From Chrysomallon squamiferum (Eukaryota > Animalia > Mollusca): DNA of 64,000 nucleotides. A program made the translations under genes and the position numbers. The stretch is from assembly GCA_012295275.1 (NCBI GenBank), contig CM022668.1:4278001-4342000 (forward strand), written 5' to 3'. The notes beneath the pieces are model-generated. The model was not told where the DNA came from and ran no database searches. It worked only from the letters and a program-made list of their open reading frames with translations. This document shows positions 26,210 to 40,705 of the stretch, one piece after another (position 1 is the stretch's first letter; the number at the start of each line of letters is the position of its first letter).

Positions 26210-27238
26210 TTCAATAACACAAACGATTCATTGTTGTCTAACTACCTGTTTGTCTTATGACCGACAAACGATGATGCACGCATGCTCGTTAGTCATTGGT
26301 CAATACCAGCTGTCAATCATGTATGGCAGACGGGTCAGTTATGTTATCAGTTTGTTTCAGTTAACTACAGTTACTAAACAATTCTCGTAAAGACTTATTT
26401 AATTTACTTTATTGCATTATGTTAATTAAGATAAAAATATGTATTTATTTATATATCTATGTTGGTGTATAGTTTTTTTTTTTTTTTTGTGTGTTTTTTT
26501 TATTTGGGGTTGTTTGGTTTGTTTCGTTTGTTGTTGTGGATAGCGATCGCCGCTGTTACACATCTCTTTACTACGACTGTGGTTAGGCTTCCGCACGCAT
26601 TCAATAACACAAACGATTCATTGTTGTCTACCTGTTTGTTTAATGGCAAACGATGATGCACGCAATACTAGCTGTCAATCATGTATGGCAGAGGGGTCAG
26701 TTATGTTATCAGTTTGTTTCAGTTAACTACAGTTACTAAACAATTCTCGTAAAGACCTGTTTAATTTACTTTATTGCATTATTTTAATTAAGATAAAAAT
26801 ATGTATTTATTTATATATGTATTGGTGAATGGTTTGGTTTCCTCGTTTTCCTGGGGTTTTGTGTGTGTGTGTGTGTGTGTTATTGGGTGTTTTTTTTTTG
26901 TTTTTTTTGTTTGTTTTGTTTTGTTTTGTTTTTTGTTTTTTTTGTTCTTTTTATAAATGCGCCTAAAGAATGTAATTCAAATAACAATAAAATACATTTA
27001 TTGAACGAACACCAGAGAAGAGAAAAAAAATACTAATAATAAAGAAGAAGAAAAATTATGTAAATGAGCAAATTTGAAAAGCACGACAGAAAAAATCTCA
27101 GAAAAAATGCTTTCATTTTTGCTTTGGATTTTAGCTCCTCATAGCTCAGAAATGTATTCATTTTCTTATTTTTAAAAAAACCAAGAAAATAAACAAAAAA
27201 AAACCCTAACCGTAAGCAAGAAATTAATAAAGCAATTT

Positions 27239-27438
27239 NNNNNNNNNNNNNNNNNNNNNNNNNNNNNNNNNNNNNNNNNNNNNNNNNNNNNNNNNNNNNN
27301 NNNNNNNNNNNNNNNNNNNNNNNNNNNNNNNNNNNNNNNNNNNNNNNNNNNNNNNNNNNNNNNNNNNNNNNNNNNNNNNNNNNNNNNNNNNNNNNNNNNN
27401 NNNNNNNNNNNNNNNNNNNNNNNNNNNNNNNNNNNNNN
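27239..27438. other. Assembly gap (200 N)
   Basis: Run of N. Confidence 1.
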
Positions 27439-27698
27439 AAAAGCAATAATAATGAAAGTATATGAGGTGTGTGTGTATATATAATTCATAGTGTTTTTTA
27501 AACAAAATTCATACAGTATTTAGATATTTGTAGAGAGATTTATTCACTTGCATAATTAATTGTATCCCATTTTTTTCACCTTTCAGAATATGTATAAAAG
27601 AGATAATATTTTTTTGTTCAAACATAACTTACACATACACTAACACACATCAGTATTCATACCTAGTTAAAAAATATGTAAATACATTTTATTTGTAG

Positions 27699-27998
27699 AT
27701 AAGCTGAAAGAAACTTTTAAGAATCTTCATTTCATCGTCCACTACAAAGAAAATTTGACTGACACTGACATGGTTGAAACTGTAAAGGGCCTGGCTTTCT
27801 TTGATCACAGTGACTATGACTGTTTTGTGTGTTGTATTTTATCACACGGAGACAAAGGTGTGGTATACGGAGGTAACAATTTGCCTGTAAAGATCAGAGA
27901 ATTGACTGAACCATTTAGACCTGAGTCGTGTCCAAAACTGAGTGGGAAACCAAAGTTGTTTTTTATACAGGCTTGTCAGGGAAAGAAAAAACAACCAA
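27699..27998 (+). CDS. CASP8: Caspase-8-like copy B, catalytic exon (5' exons missing or hidden by the gap at 27239-27438)
   Basis: Acceptor tttgtag|. DCFVCCILSHGDKG...GKPKLFFIQACQG. Donor A|gtatgt. Confidence 0.9.
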
Positions 27999-28014
27999 GT
28001 ATGTATGATAGGCA

Positions 28015-28054
<40 letters not shown>

Positions 28055-28341
28055 TCAAGAGAAGGACTTTCTGCGGGGAAGAATAATTTGTTTCAAGTTT
28101 GACAAAAATTTATACTGACATTGCCCGCAAATGATAAAATTTTCAGATTTTCTATGAATTTTACATAAAATGAAAGAGGCATTACCCAGAAATGATAAAT
28201 TTTTAATGGTTTTTTATTTCCTCTAAGGTACATCATATATAATTATAAATATCTGTATGGGTTTGGATATGAGTTCGTATGCAACTAGGATTAATGTTTT
28301 CAAAATATCAGAACTTGATTTCTGAAATATTTTATTTACAG

Positions 28342-28522
28342 TTGTTGTAGACCAACACACTAATAGTGGCATAGGTAGTCCGGAGGCAGAAACAATCCCG
28401 AGTGAAGCAGATTTTCTGATAGGATACGCCACCGTACCCGATTTTGTGACTTTCAGATCAGAATCAGAGGGAACATACTACATCATCAAACTTACACAAA
28501 TGTTAGATGACTATGCAAAGAA
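28342..28522 (+). CDS. CASP8: Caspase-8-like copy B, linker/p10 exon
   Basis: tttacag| then IVVDQHTNSGIGSPEAETIPSEADFLIGYATVPDFVTFRSESEGTYYI...YAK, donor AA|gtaagt. An in-frame alternative acceptor precedes 28351. Confidence 0.85.
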
Positions 28523-28684
28523 GTAAGTCAATGAATTTGAGGGTTGTGTAACCCTTTAAGGGAAACCTTAGCAATCAGCGTGAACATTACATCTAACTTA
28601 CTCTGGCAGTAACACACACACACACACACACATATCTACATATATATATGTATATTCAACAATTTTAAATATGTAAACAGTGTA

Positions 28685-28735
<51 letters not shown>

Positions 28736-29174
28736 AAATCTGTGGGGTGAGATATTTTGGTACCATTATTTGCTGTGACTTTGGTACTGTTGTCTGTGAA
28801 CTTGCCTAGGGGCTTTGTATTGATCTTTTGTGATGTCACGCCTTGTTAACTAATATTGTTAGCTGGATGATGTATCTTCTAGGGAGGACAAATTGATTAC
28901 TACATTTTGTAGAATTCATACATATTACATATATTATGCGTATGTTAGAAGCATTTGTTAATATGTTAATGTATTTTAGTTAGAACCTGCCAAGGAATGT
29001 TTCTACATTATGTTGTTAACTAAAATGTACAAGAAATCATTATCATTCTCTTTTGAGATCTTTTAACAAACTAATACAAACACAATGCATCTGGGAATAT
29101 ATACAAATGCTTGTTATTAGAAAATTACTATTTATTACTTTTTCAAATGTATTTTCATTTGATTTATGTTTCAG

Positions 29175-29307
29175 ACAGGACGTCCTCAGTTTGCTGACGT
29201 TAGTAAATTATGAAGTAGGTAAAAAAGAGTTCAATTTCAAAGGTCGTCTGTTCAAGCAATCACCATCACATTTCAGCACATTAAGAAAGAAGGTGTTATT
29301 CAAGTGA
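29175..29307 (+). CDS. CASP8: Caspase-8-like copy B, last exon
   Basis: tttcag| then QDVLSLLTLVNYEVGKKEFNFKGRLFKQSPSHFSTLRKKVLFK, ending at TGA. Confidence 0.88.
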
Positions 29308-30422
29308 AGGACATTTTTTCATTTGCATAATTCTTTTTTATTTTAAGTTTTGTTTATTGCAAATGATGTTTCCCACAATTAATCCAATATTATTTCAGGA
29401 TACATTATTGAACAAATCTTACACATCCTATTTACCTGTACTAATATCAGTGAACTGTGTTTGTTGTGGCAAGCAAATTAAAAACATAAATAAAAAAATG
29501 TTTCAATAAGTTCTGTCTACTTGAATGATGGAGGAGCTTACTTTAGTTTGCTTGTTACAATTATTTGTTATTTATGTACGTCTAGTTTTACAGATCATAA
29601 ATAGTCTAAATAGTAAGTGTATTTTACTTTAAAACTTTTTTGTTTCCTTTTTTGTTCTTGCATTAAAGTTATAAAAAAAAAGAAACAAAAAATGAATTCT
29701 TTAAAGTTATTGTTTCTCGTTAAAGTGGATAAGCAAACATTTGGTAGATTTTCAAGCGATTGCTTTGTGTGTTTGTTTATTTGTTTATTCACGAAGATAC
29801 AATGATGAAAATTACATAATGTTCAAAATACCTGATTCTTAATTTATAGTGTAAATAAAGCTATTTCTTTAAAGTAATTTGAAAAGTGTACAGTTCATCT
29901 GTTTGCAATTTGTATATTGTTTGTTTATCCACATCAAAAATAATATATATTAAAACAACTTTTTATATAATATAAAATGACATCCTTATGCTGAATTATT
30001 TAAAATTCTGGAAACTGCCACATCTACTATGAGTGTGAGACAAACCAGTTAAACATTACTATAATTACTACTTTCACTACTACTACTACTAGCAGCACTA
30101 ACATCATATGAATTTATTTATTACTTTCAAAATAATATCTTTCACAGAAATACAGTCGTATTTACTTTCAGCTGGCATAACCGATAACTAATTATGGTGC
30201 AAAGTTTAATGTGCGATCTAATTCCTTAAGTCTGTCAAATTATGTTATGTCCATATTTTTCTTTTTAATTCGTATATATTTTTTTTCATATTTCCGGCCC
30301 TCGAAAGTTTGATTCAGTAATCGTATAGAATATTATTATTTGATTGTATCTGAATCAATGAAAGGGTTCGGGATGTGCCACTATAATGAATATTTTGAAT
30401 GCTTTTAAGTTTTTTCTTCTTG

Positions 30423-30800
30423 TTAATGTAACATGCAGTTGTACAAAACAGAGGCGCAGCCGCTGATATCACCAAATCAAAGCCGTCCCAGGTCGTCAAC
30501 GGCCTTTGCTCCATTCAAACGAATTCCATCACGAACTATTTCCTTAACATGGATTAGAACAATCACCGAGTTGTTTCCCTTGTCCGTCATTACGAGATTT
30601 CCATTCTTGTCGAAGCAAATTCCTTCGGGACAAGAAGAGAACCCCATCGGCAGGAAAACGCTTAAAGATTCACCACTGAAAAAATACACAAAGTATTCAG
30701 TTTGAAACTAGATACTCACACAACGTTTGCGTACTGCCATGACAGAATGCATTCTTGTTTGGTGACTTCAGCGGTTAGACATATTTTCTTGTGAGTGTCA
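30423..30800 (-). pseudogene. NHL fragment, more diverged paralog
   Basis: CPEGICFDKNGNLVMTDKGNNSVIVL...GAKAVDDLGRL*, with indels and a stop. Confidence 0.68.
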
Positions 30801-31654
30801 AGTTTCAAACTGAATACTTTTTGAAGTAGGATTCATGAATTTCGATGTGTTTAAATTAGTCTGGTTAATTTCTTATCACAATTTAAAATACTTCACTTGT
30901 ATTAATTTAATTATTATTCTGTTGTTTATTATTAAATTACTATTATGATTATTATCATTTTTACACGATTTTAAGATAACAAGCAATTTTCCAAGTTATT
31001 AATCATTTTAGAGTTTTTACGCTGCACTATAATATTTTAGAATCCAAGCCTTCACAAGTAGCTGTGTTTGAATTACTTTTGTTACTTCATATTAGCATTC
31101 TTGCTCAAATGTTTGAATTAATAATGCTTTAGAGAAACTAACTCTTCAATTTAAATATTTCAAAATTTTTATAGTAATAATAATATTTTCAATTTATTCT
31201 TAGCAGATCTATTTGAATTTGATCGTTTCTTTCATGTACTAATTTGTGAATTAAAACTGTTTTAAATAAACCAACTCTCAAAGCAGTCTATTTAGTTTAT
31301 TCACTTTAGAGTTGACACATTTCTAAAATCATTTTCAGAAAAGATAGCAAGAGTCATTAAATGCAGTTTCCACTGTGTGTGAAACAGCACCAAATGTATA
31401 AAGAAAACATTGCACATAAAATGTATAACAAGATCAAAAAGACAGATTTAAAAAGAAAAGAAAAAAAAAAGAGAGAAGAATCACAAAACAAAACAATGGC
31501 CATTGTCCTAGAATCATAAAAATTGAAACAGGTGAAGGAATGCAGATATTAATAAAACCAGTAAAATGAGGCAGTTACCAGCTTTTTAAATAAGAAGAAT
31601 CTGCCGTCTGCCACTTTTTTCTTCTGTCTGCCACGGATTTAGTTCTTCTGATTA

Positions 31655-31950
31655 TGACACATACACACACACACAAACATACACACAAACACACACAAAC
31701 ACACACACACACACATACATATACAGATACACACACATACACACATACACACACAAACATACACACAAACATACACACAAACACACACACACACACATAT
31801 ATACAGATACACACACATACACACACAAACACACACACATACACACACAAACACACAAACACACACACATACAAACACACACACACACACACACACACAG
31901 ACACCCACACCCAGATACACACACACACACCCACCCAGAGACACACACAT
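31655..31950. repeat. Compound (CA)n-derived low-complexity repeat
   Basis: Interrupted cacacaaa/catacaca units. Confidence 0.9.
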
Positions 31951-32018
31951 GCTAACAAACATACCTTCATATACAGTTTCATGTGGTTATTTTCTTAACT
32001 GCAAGTTTAACATGTATG

Positions 32019-32116
<98 letters not shown>

Positions 32117-35077
32117 AATACATAAATTATCTGTCTCTATGTATATATATATAATCCTAAAATTAAATAATAAAATGTAACATGGGAATGAATTGTATGC
32201 AACTCTTGCAACTCTGCTGAAAAAAAGAATAACATTCTTGAGCTTGAGAAAGGTTGAGAAAGGGATATGTATAACTGAACTACTGGACTGTGTGAACTGT
32301 AAATTTTAAGTATATATATGTTATAACTATGCTTAATTTTAAATAATCCTCAATGGCCTCTGTTGTTGAAGTTGTTGTTATTGTTATTATTATTATTATT
32401 ATTGTTAGTATTAAAATCAGGGTATTTATGTTCATTACAAAATAAATATTTTAGACATAAATTGTTCAAACTATTGTATACGATTAAAAATGTTCTCTTT
32501 TCATATATTTCAAGTACAAGCTCTCTGTAGTTTACTTTTAACATTTCCTTATAAAAAAATACTGAAGATTACAGCAAATTACAGTAATAGAACAACAATA
32601 AATATATAAATAAATAAATAAATATACGTAATAATATTTTTTTTAAAGAAGAAGATGAAGAAGAAATGATAATAATAAAAGAATTGAAAATTAACATTAC
32701 CCAGGTAACCAATTATCTGTATTTTTATTTTTTATTATTATTTTTTTCTTCAGAAAATTCTTTGTCAGGTGTTTTTTAATGATATTTGTTTAAAATGTGT
32801 TATTTTCTACCATTCTGAATACATCTGCTGTTTTCTAAACATTTAAAAGTACTAAAGACAGGACATTGCGATTCTAATAATTTCTTGTATATTAACACCA
32901 GAAAAATGCAGCAGCATTCATTAAAAAGTAGGTTTATAGTTTATATTACATACCATATTTTTACAATTAAATAAATTTTTGGATTTCATTTAAAAATATA
33001 AACGTCAGGACAACAAAAAGAATTGTTATTTTTGGCGAAATTAATCACTACTAACTGTTTACAGTTATAGGTAATACACTTTGCAACAAAAACAAAACAA
33101 AAACAAAATTACAGTGAAAAATCAATAAATTAAGAAAAAAAGATGTTGCGTCATTTTGTAACAACGAACTGTTCATGAGGATGTTTTACTGTTTAAATTG
33201 CTTTATTAATTTCTTGTTTAAGGTTGTTTTTTGTTTATTTTCTTGTTTTTTTAAAATAAGAAAATGAATACATTTCTGAGCTGTGAAGAGATAAAATCCA
33301 AAGCTAAAATGAAATCATTTGTCTCAGGTTTTTTTCTGGTGTGCTTTTCATATTTGCTCATTTACATAATTTTTCTTCTTCTTTATAATTAGTATCTTTT
33401 CTTTTCTCTGGTTTTCCTTCAACAAACGTATTTTTTTGTTATTTGAATTACATTCTTTAGGTGCATTTATAAAAATAAAAAATAAAAATAAAAAAAATAA
33501 AAAACCCCAAAACCGTACAAACAACAAGACAGTGACACACATAAAACAAACAAGGAAACCTAAACATTCACTAATACATATATAAAAAAAATACATATTT
33601 TTATCTTAATAAACATAAGGCAAAACATTAAATTAAATAGGACTTTACGAGAATTGTTTAGTAACTGTAGTTATTTCCCTTATCTGAAGCAGACTGATAA
33701 CACTGCTGACCCCTCTGCCATACATGATTGACAGCTAGTATTGACCAATGACTAACGAGCATGCATGTATCATCGTTTGTCGGTCATAAGACAAACAGGT
33801 AGTTAGACAACAATGAATCGTTTGTGTTATTGAACGCGTGCGGAACCCTAACCACAGTCGTAGTAAAGAGATGTCTAACAGCGATGATCGCTATCCGGAA
33901 CGAGTAGTTGTGTAAAATTCGTGTCTTTTCCAAAGCAAAAAGCAACTTGATAAAAGCCTGAAATCTTACTTTATACCGTATAGTATAGTCACAGTGGTAT
34001 ACGGAAGGCCACAGGAACACGTAAGTCCGTTTTATTAGTAACATAAATTATATGGGTAATATAACTTTCCCGTTTTGATATTTGAATGCACAGTCAATCT
34101 TTTGATATAAAACTTATTCCAACTAGATGTCACTTTACATACAAATCACTGTACAATAAAAACGATATATATTTTTTTTTTCTCACATCAACTATATATA
34201 TTGTCTGACTATATATTTAGGAAAAAATAGAATTGTTTAATTTTAGACAAGAAACTGTACAGTATTAAAATTACACATCAAATTTAACAGAAATAATAAA
34301 ATATTTAAAAAAATTTCGGGGGGGGGGGCAAAATAAATTTATGAATAAAAAGATGTTAAAATTTAATTAAAATAACCATTACAACTTCTTTGTTGGAAAC
34401 AAATGGAAGAAAAAAATAAATAAAACGATAAAGAAAATGTTTGAATAATTCATACAGTATTAACATGTCTGTCATTGTTTTCATGCATGTAAATTTTAAG
34501 TTTTTAAACTTTTCTGCCATTTAAAACAAAAGTTAAAACTGACCAGTAAGCCTTGAGATGTGTTAATTCACTTAGAGAATGAGAAAAATATATCAGTTAT
34601 TATACCCGTTGTGTATATTTACAATAGATTACAAACGGATTAATGTACAGGGAAGAAACATTATTACTTTATTTTTATTATTTTGAATTTGATCACCATG
34701 AATAAACAGAATATAAAAAATATTAAAACTAGATTAAATGAACGAACATTATTATTTTATCTGTTGGCTTTGCTTTAAAGAAATAAAAACAAATTTACAA
34801 AATTTGATTAATTATAACCAAATTAAAAAACAATAAAAAAAGAATAAAATGAAAAGAATTAAAATACCAATCACAATGAAAACAGTAATTGCTTTTCCCA
34901 AAGACCTAATATAATTATTTCAACATCAAATTCCATCATGGATAAACATTTATACAAGAATAAAGACTAAGAACAAGTAAATAAATAATATAAGGAATAA
35001 ACAACCATCCAATTAACCAAAGAAACAAATAAATAACATAAATAATGTTAATAAAATACACATAAAGAAAATACTCA

Positions 35078-35137
35078 CCAGCTTCGGTCATCAAAAGAAA
35101 TAAAAACACAGACAGAAACATGGCATCCATCACTTTT
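35078..35137 (-). CDS. Putative signal-peptide exon (MDAMFLSVFLFLLMTEA-G) of an unidentified gene
   Basis: tttag| acceptor, ATG, hydrophobic core and phase-1 G|gtgagt donor. An upstream exon has a cag|gtaata donor at ~35442. The copy at ~2303-2359 (+) has a 2-nt deletion. Confidence 0.45.
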
Positions 35138-36004
35138 CTAAAATAAAACAATAAAAACATATACTGGGGAGGGGAAAAAATGAAAAGTGTGTTTTATTAT
35201 TACTATTATTATCATTATTATTATCATTGTCGTTATCTTTGTTATTATTATTATTATCATCATCATCATGGTCATCATCATCTAATTTTTAATAGTCCTC
35301 GTGGAACATACAGTAAAGAGAAAAAAAAACGAAAAAAAAAAAAAAAAACAACAGTTTACATTTCAGTATTTTCTTTAAGAAAAAAATAAAATAAAATATT
35401 AACATTTATTTTATCATTAGCGATTAATATTAAAATTATTACCTGCATATATCGTTTTGTAAATATCTTCGTAGCAACATTAATGGCGGAACAACACGCT
35501 GTGAAATGTTATCTTTGTTGTCAAAGGAAAGAAGAAAAAGCAAACAAAAATATCTGAGGTATTAAAATTTATTTAAACTTGTTCCTCGGAGGTCGTTGTT
35601 CGATAAAAATATGTTTTGCTCGAAAATGCGGAAAACTATTAAAGAAACTGGAGAGAGATGTTCATAAAAAGACGTAAACAGTTTTAGAAAGATTTTCCTG
35701 AACTGTCAAACGAGGTTTAAACGTTGATTTGGTTTTATATGTTTTGCGCTTCTTCTTCTTCTTTAAAAAAAACATTGAAATTTGAACTGTTTTTTTTTTC
35801 TTCAGTACATTTATTTGTTCTACGAGGAGGTTAAACATTAGACGATGATGATGATGATGATGTTAATAATAACGATAATAATAACTATAATGATATGATG
35901 ATAATGATGATGATTATACACACTTTTTATTTATTTCTGTAAGTCATGCATATACACACGGACAGACATACAGATAAGTAGCGAGAAAAACAGGAAGAGA
36001 AAGG

Positions 36005-36420
36005 TATGTTAGTAGTAGTAGATATAGTATAGTAGTAGTATTAGTAGTAGTATATATAGTATAGTAGTATTATTAGTAGTAGTAGATATAGTATAGTAGT
36101 AGTATTAGTAGTAGTAGATATAGTATAGTAGTATTATTATTAGTAGTAGATATAGTATAGTAGTAGTATTAGTAGTACTAGTATTGGTAGTAGTAGCAGT
36201 AATAGTACTTACAGTAGCAGAAGTAATTATAGAAGTAGAAACAGTAGCAATATAAGTTATTATCTAATGTTAAAAGTCTAGAGTAGGAGCAGTATTAGTA
36301 TTAGTAGTGGTAGTGGCAGTAGTAGCAGTATGTAGTTGTAGTGGTAGTAACAATAGCAATAACAGTGGTAGTATTAGTCGTCATCGTCGTTTTGATAGAT
36401 ATTAGTAGGGGTAGTGGTAC
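36005..36420. repeat. (TAG)n-derived minisatellite/low-complexity tract (inverse copy at ~1045-1345)
   Basis: Repeated tagtagtagatatagtatagtagtagtat units. Confidence 0.85.
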
Positions 36421-36525
36421 CAGCAGCTGTACAAGTATTGCGTTGTATTATTATTATTATTATTTAATGAGCGGTTGATATTGATTAATTTATAGATTAT
36501 ATCATTATATATATATGTATCAGTA

Positions 36526-36565
<40 letters not shown>

Positions 36566-36903
36566 GCTAAAATCTTTGTTTCATTTGATTTCATTTGATT
36601 TATTTATTTTAGCTGTTCCAGGCATGTATAGTTAATTGAATTTAAACTTCGGATTAAATGTAATTTCAGGACATTTAGATTGGAGTTATTTCCCGTTCGC
36701 TTTATTCTCAGTAGTTAAAAAGATTGGCTTTAGATACTTACAAATAAACAAACAAACAAATAAATAAATAAATAGTGAATTATATATATAAAAATAATAA
36801 ATATTAAAAAATATATAAATAAAATAACAGGGCTTCGGAGGGAGTTTGTGTTACGCAAGATCTACTTTCTTTCGTAGCTCTTGTTTGAAGAATCGGAAAA
36901 GTT

Positions 36904-36958
<55 letters not shown>

Positions 36959-39900
36959 TAATAACAAGAAGAAGAAGAAGAAGCAAAAAAAATATATAAA
37001 ATAATTAAATTTAAAAAAGTAAAGAAAAGGAACAGTGGCTCTGAAGTAAGTTGTTGATTTTATTATTTATTTATTTATTATAGTTTATCTCTCTCTCTCT
37101 CTCCCAATACATAAATTACCAAGTATAATTATTAGTAGTAATGTATGCATATCAGGTACAACAAAAATGTTGTTGTTTTCGTAACCTTTGTTGAACGTTT
37201 TTTTGTTTTTTTTGTTAATGATCTGTATTCAAGCTGACAGTACAATCACGAGTTATGCGTCGTCAATTACATTCGTTACGCTACGGTGCTGTTGGATTGT
37301 TCAAACCGATTTGACCTCCGACTTAAGAAAGGGGAAAACCCTTGTGGGACTCCCGCCTTGAGAAAGGGGAATACCCTTGTGCGACTTCCAGTGTCATGCA
37401 ATGGACTGTCTTGATGAAAATTATAAATATAATTGATTTAAAGACAGAATATTTATGCTTGCCACTACTGTGGACTGGCAGGTAATCGCTTGGTATAGTC
37501 TAATACAATCAGTTATTGTAAGAGCTTTAGGTTGTTTTGATTTTAATGAGTTAGTCACTGAACAGAAGTATCGTAAAACGAAACGAAATCGTTTAATATT
37601 TCAACTTAAAAGTTTAATTGTTTTAGAAGTCAGTAAGATACAACAATAGTTTTCACTTTTGATTATTCATAAATAACATACATACTTGACTTATAGTAGC
37701 AGATACTTTTCAAACAAATATTTTAAAATAAAATTAATAACAATACTGTTTTCATAGGTATGTTTTAAGAAGTAACTTCCATATCAGTAAACAATATTTG
37801 ATTATTTGTTGTAAAAGAAACAACAAATAGACGAGTATTTGAGAAACAAAATTTAATTTAGTCAGCAAACTACCAAGGTTTGGTATATCGTTGGATATAA
37901 ATTGTACTGAAAATTAATGATTGCTGTCTGTTTAGTTCTTATGATGACATTGTCACATTACCCCAGTCACTCACTGGGAAACAAAACTATACTGAATGCT
38001 AACACTGATGTTTGCTTACAAAGTTCCAGATGTGAAAACATATAATACACATTTTATTCATCAGCTCAGTTATTTAATTTTTTTTAAAATACCTGTAGCG
38101 ACACAGTGTTTCGTTGTCTGATCAATGTAATAATCAGTTGTTCTCAGGTGTGACTTAATTTAAACTCTGTGTACAGTTTTTTTTTGTTTTTTTTTTTCAA
38201 GAAAAGAACAGTATACCCTGTATCTAATAAATGAGAAACAAAAATATGAAGGTGCGTTAATTGTAAGAATTAATTCTTTCTTATGATGATATTGTCAGAT
38301 ATTTTCCACAGTCACTGTCTGGGAAACAAAAATATACTAAATGCTAAAGCTGTGAAAAGATATAATATAGATTTGTTATTTTCTATAGTTGTTAATTCTG
38401 AATATATCTGTTGTTTTCTAAGCATTTAAAACATACTAAAGACAGTTCATTGTGATCCTACAGCAGATAATATCTTCTGTATTAACACCTGCAAAATGCA
38501 GCAACTTTCATTTAAATAATAACAAATATTGAAATTTTAACATTATATCATACAGTAAAAGTAGGTTTATACTTTTTATTATATATATATTTTTACAATG
38601 AAATAAGTTTTCGTAACATTTGGGACATTATTTCAGTCCGTAACTCTACAAACCTAATTGTGGTCAATGTGATAGTGATGTTATATTGAATCTGTATTTC
38701 CCTGGAAACTGTAGGAAAATCACAAAGTGCTGAATCAGGAATTCGAGGAAAACCTTTACTTTTATTTAGAATTTTTCCTAACTGGTTTGTCTAATCAGTA
38801 ACCTACGACTGATGTGAGTCGCTAATAGAACAGACAACAATTATACCCACACAAAAAAAAAAAAAAAAAAAAACCATACATTTTTTATTTTCGTTAATGA
38901 TCCGTATTCAGTACAAATAAATTAGCTAACAGTACCATCACCAGTTACTCGCCACGAACTGCGCAATCTTTCGCTAAGCTACGGTGCTGTTCGATTGTTG
39001 CAAACCGGTTTTTACTTCTCACAGTTTGAAACGTACATTTTCAAGTGACAGCGTCATTCTTTATGTTTTCTGGTTTTAGCCCAGACAATCATCTGCAACC
39101 GGTTTTAGTTGCCTGACATCTTGACATTATACACGAACACGGCCTTAAGCAAAGGAAAATCCCTTTTTGGAAAGTCGTGGAAGGGACTGTGCTGATCAAA
39201 TTATAAATATAAATCGATTGACGGATAGAATATTTAAGCTTGTACTGGCTGTGGACTGGTACGTAAACGCGTAATGTAGTTTAAAAGAATCAATTATTGT
39301 CTAAAAACAACCAGTTATTGTCTTAAAACAACGTGTTAATGTTATTAACATTGTGACAGTGTTAGGTTGTTTTGATTTTAATGAGTCGGTCATGGAACAA
39401 ATACGAAACGAAATGAAATCGTTATTTCCGACGTTTTTAAAACTTTAACTTATACGTTAAACTATCTCAGCAGTCATTGAGTTTGAACTTAAGTTTTCTC
39501 TTTTGATTATTCATAAATAACATACGTACTTCATTAATAGTTACTTTTCCCAAAACATATTTTTAAATATAATTAATTATTCATTACTGTTGCTTTTTAT
39601 TGATCAGTTTTAACAAGTACCTTCCCATATCTGTAAGGATAAACCTTATTACTCTAACGACAAAAACTTTCAGTAACAAATGTTTAAGTACTTAGCAACA
39701 TAGAAATTTAAATGACTAGAAATTATATATTTTTCAAAATATAAAGTTCCAAACCATTTCTATAGCGATCCACAAAGAATTTGCTTATGCAAAGTTTGTA
39801 AATAAATGGTCGATTTATTTAAAGATATTGAAACTGCCACATCTACTTTTGAGTGTGAGAGAATCCAGTTAAATATTATTACATCTACTATTATTAGCAG

Positions 39901-40236
39901 CAGTAGCATCATATGAATTTATTTATTTACGTATTTCATAAAATACAATCGTATTCGGTTTCTGCTGACAACCGATAATTACACCGTACAATACACAACC
40001 TTATTCCATAAACATGTCAAATTATATTATGCCCGTATTTTTCTTTTTAATTTATAGGTTGTTTTTGAGTTGTTGTTTTTTTCTGCTTCCAACTCTCGAA
40101 AGCATGATGCTCCAACATCGTACAGAGTATTTTTATTTGATTGCATCTGAATCAATGAAGTTTCAATGAAAGGGTTTGGAAAGTGCCGATATAATAAAAT
40201 AATTAACATTTTGAATGTTTTCAAGTTTCCTTCTTG

Positions 40237-40705
40237 TTAATATAACGTGCGGCTGTAGAAAGCAGAGACATAGCCGCTGTAATCACCAACCCAAAGCCTT
40301 CCGAGATCGTCTTCAGCAACGGCCTTTAGCCCATTCAAACCAATTCCATCACTGTTTCATTCACAAACTACCCTTTTATGGGTTAGAACAAACATCGAGT
40401 TGTTTCCCTTATCCGCCATTACGAGATTTCCCTTCTTGTCAAAGCAAATTCCGTCGGGACACAAAGAGCACCCCATCGGTAAGAAAACGCTTAATGATAC
40501 GCCATTTATATTGAAAAAAAAAATACACCTCTTTACGTTTGCTGTCAGAGACGCACACAACGTATCCGTACATGCAATCTTGTTAGGTGACTTCAGCGGG
40601 TTGATAACTCCTTCTGTTTCTGTTAATGTCAACAATAAACACACTCGATTCTTCCATAATCTCATATCTTCCACAGAATGGCGTGTACATTGCGTTGGCA
40701 GTGAT
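40237..40705 (-). pseudogene. NHL fragment, near-identical inverted copy of 9490-9954
   Basis: Same sequence on the opposite strand, inside the inverted duplication. Confidence 0.7.

Larger units (their letters stand above)
22130..27238 (+). repeat. Direct, indel-rich duplication of ~1-4415
   Basis: Collinear matches, e.g. 1-1930 with 22145-23833 and 2975-4415 with 24865-27238. Confidence 0.88.
31070..37440 (-). repeat. Inverted segmental duplication of ~1-6120
   Basis: Collinear reverse-complement matches, including microsatellite positions, the signal-peptide exon and the kB block. Confidence 0.9.

Noticed and set aside
27033-27505. ORFs spanning N runs (also 53169-53456)
   Set aside because: Artefacts of assembly gaps.
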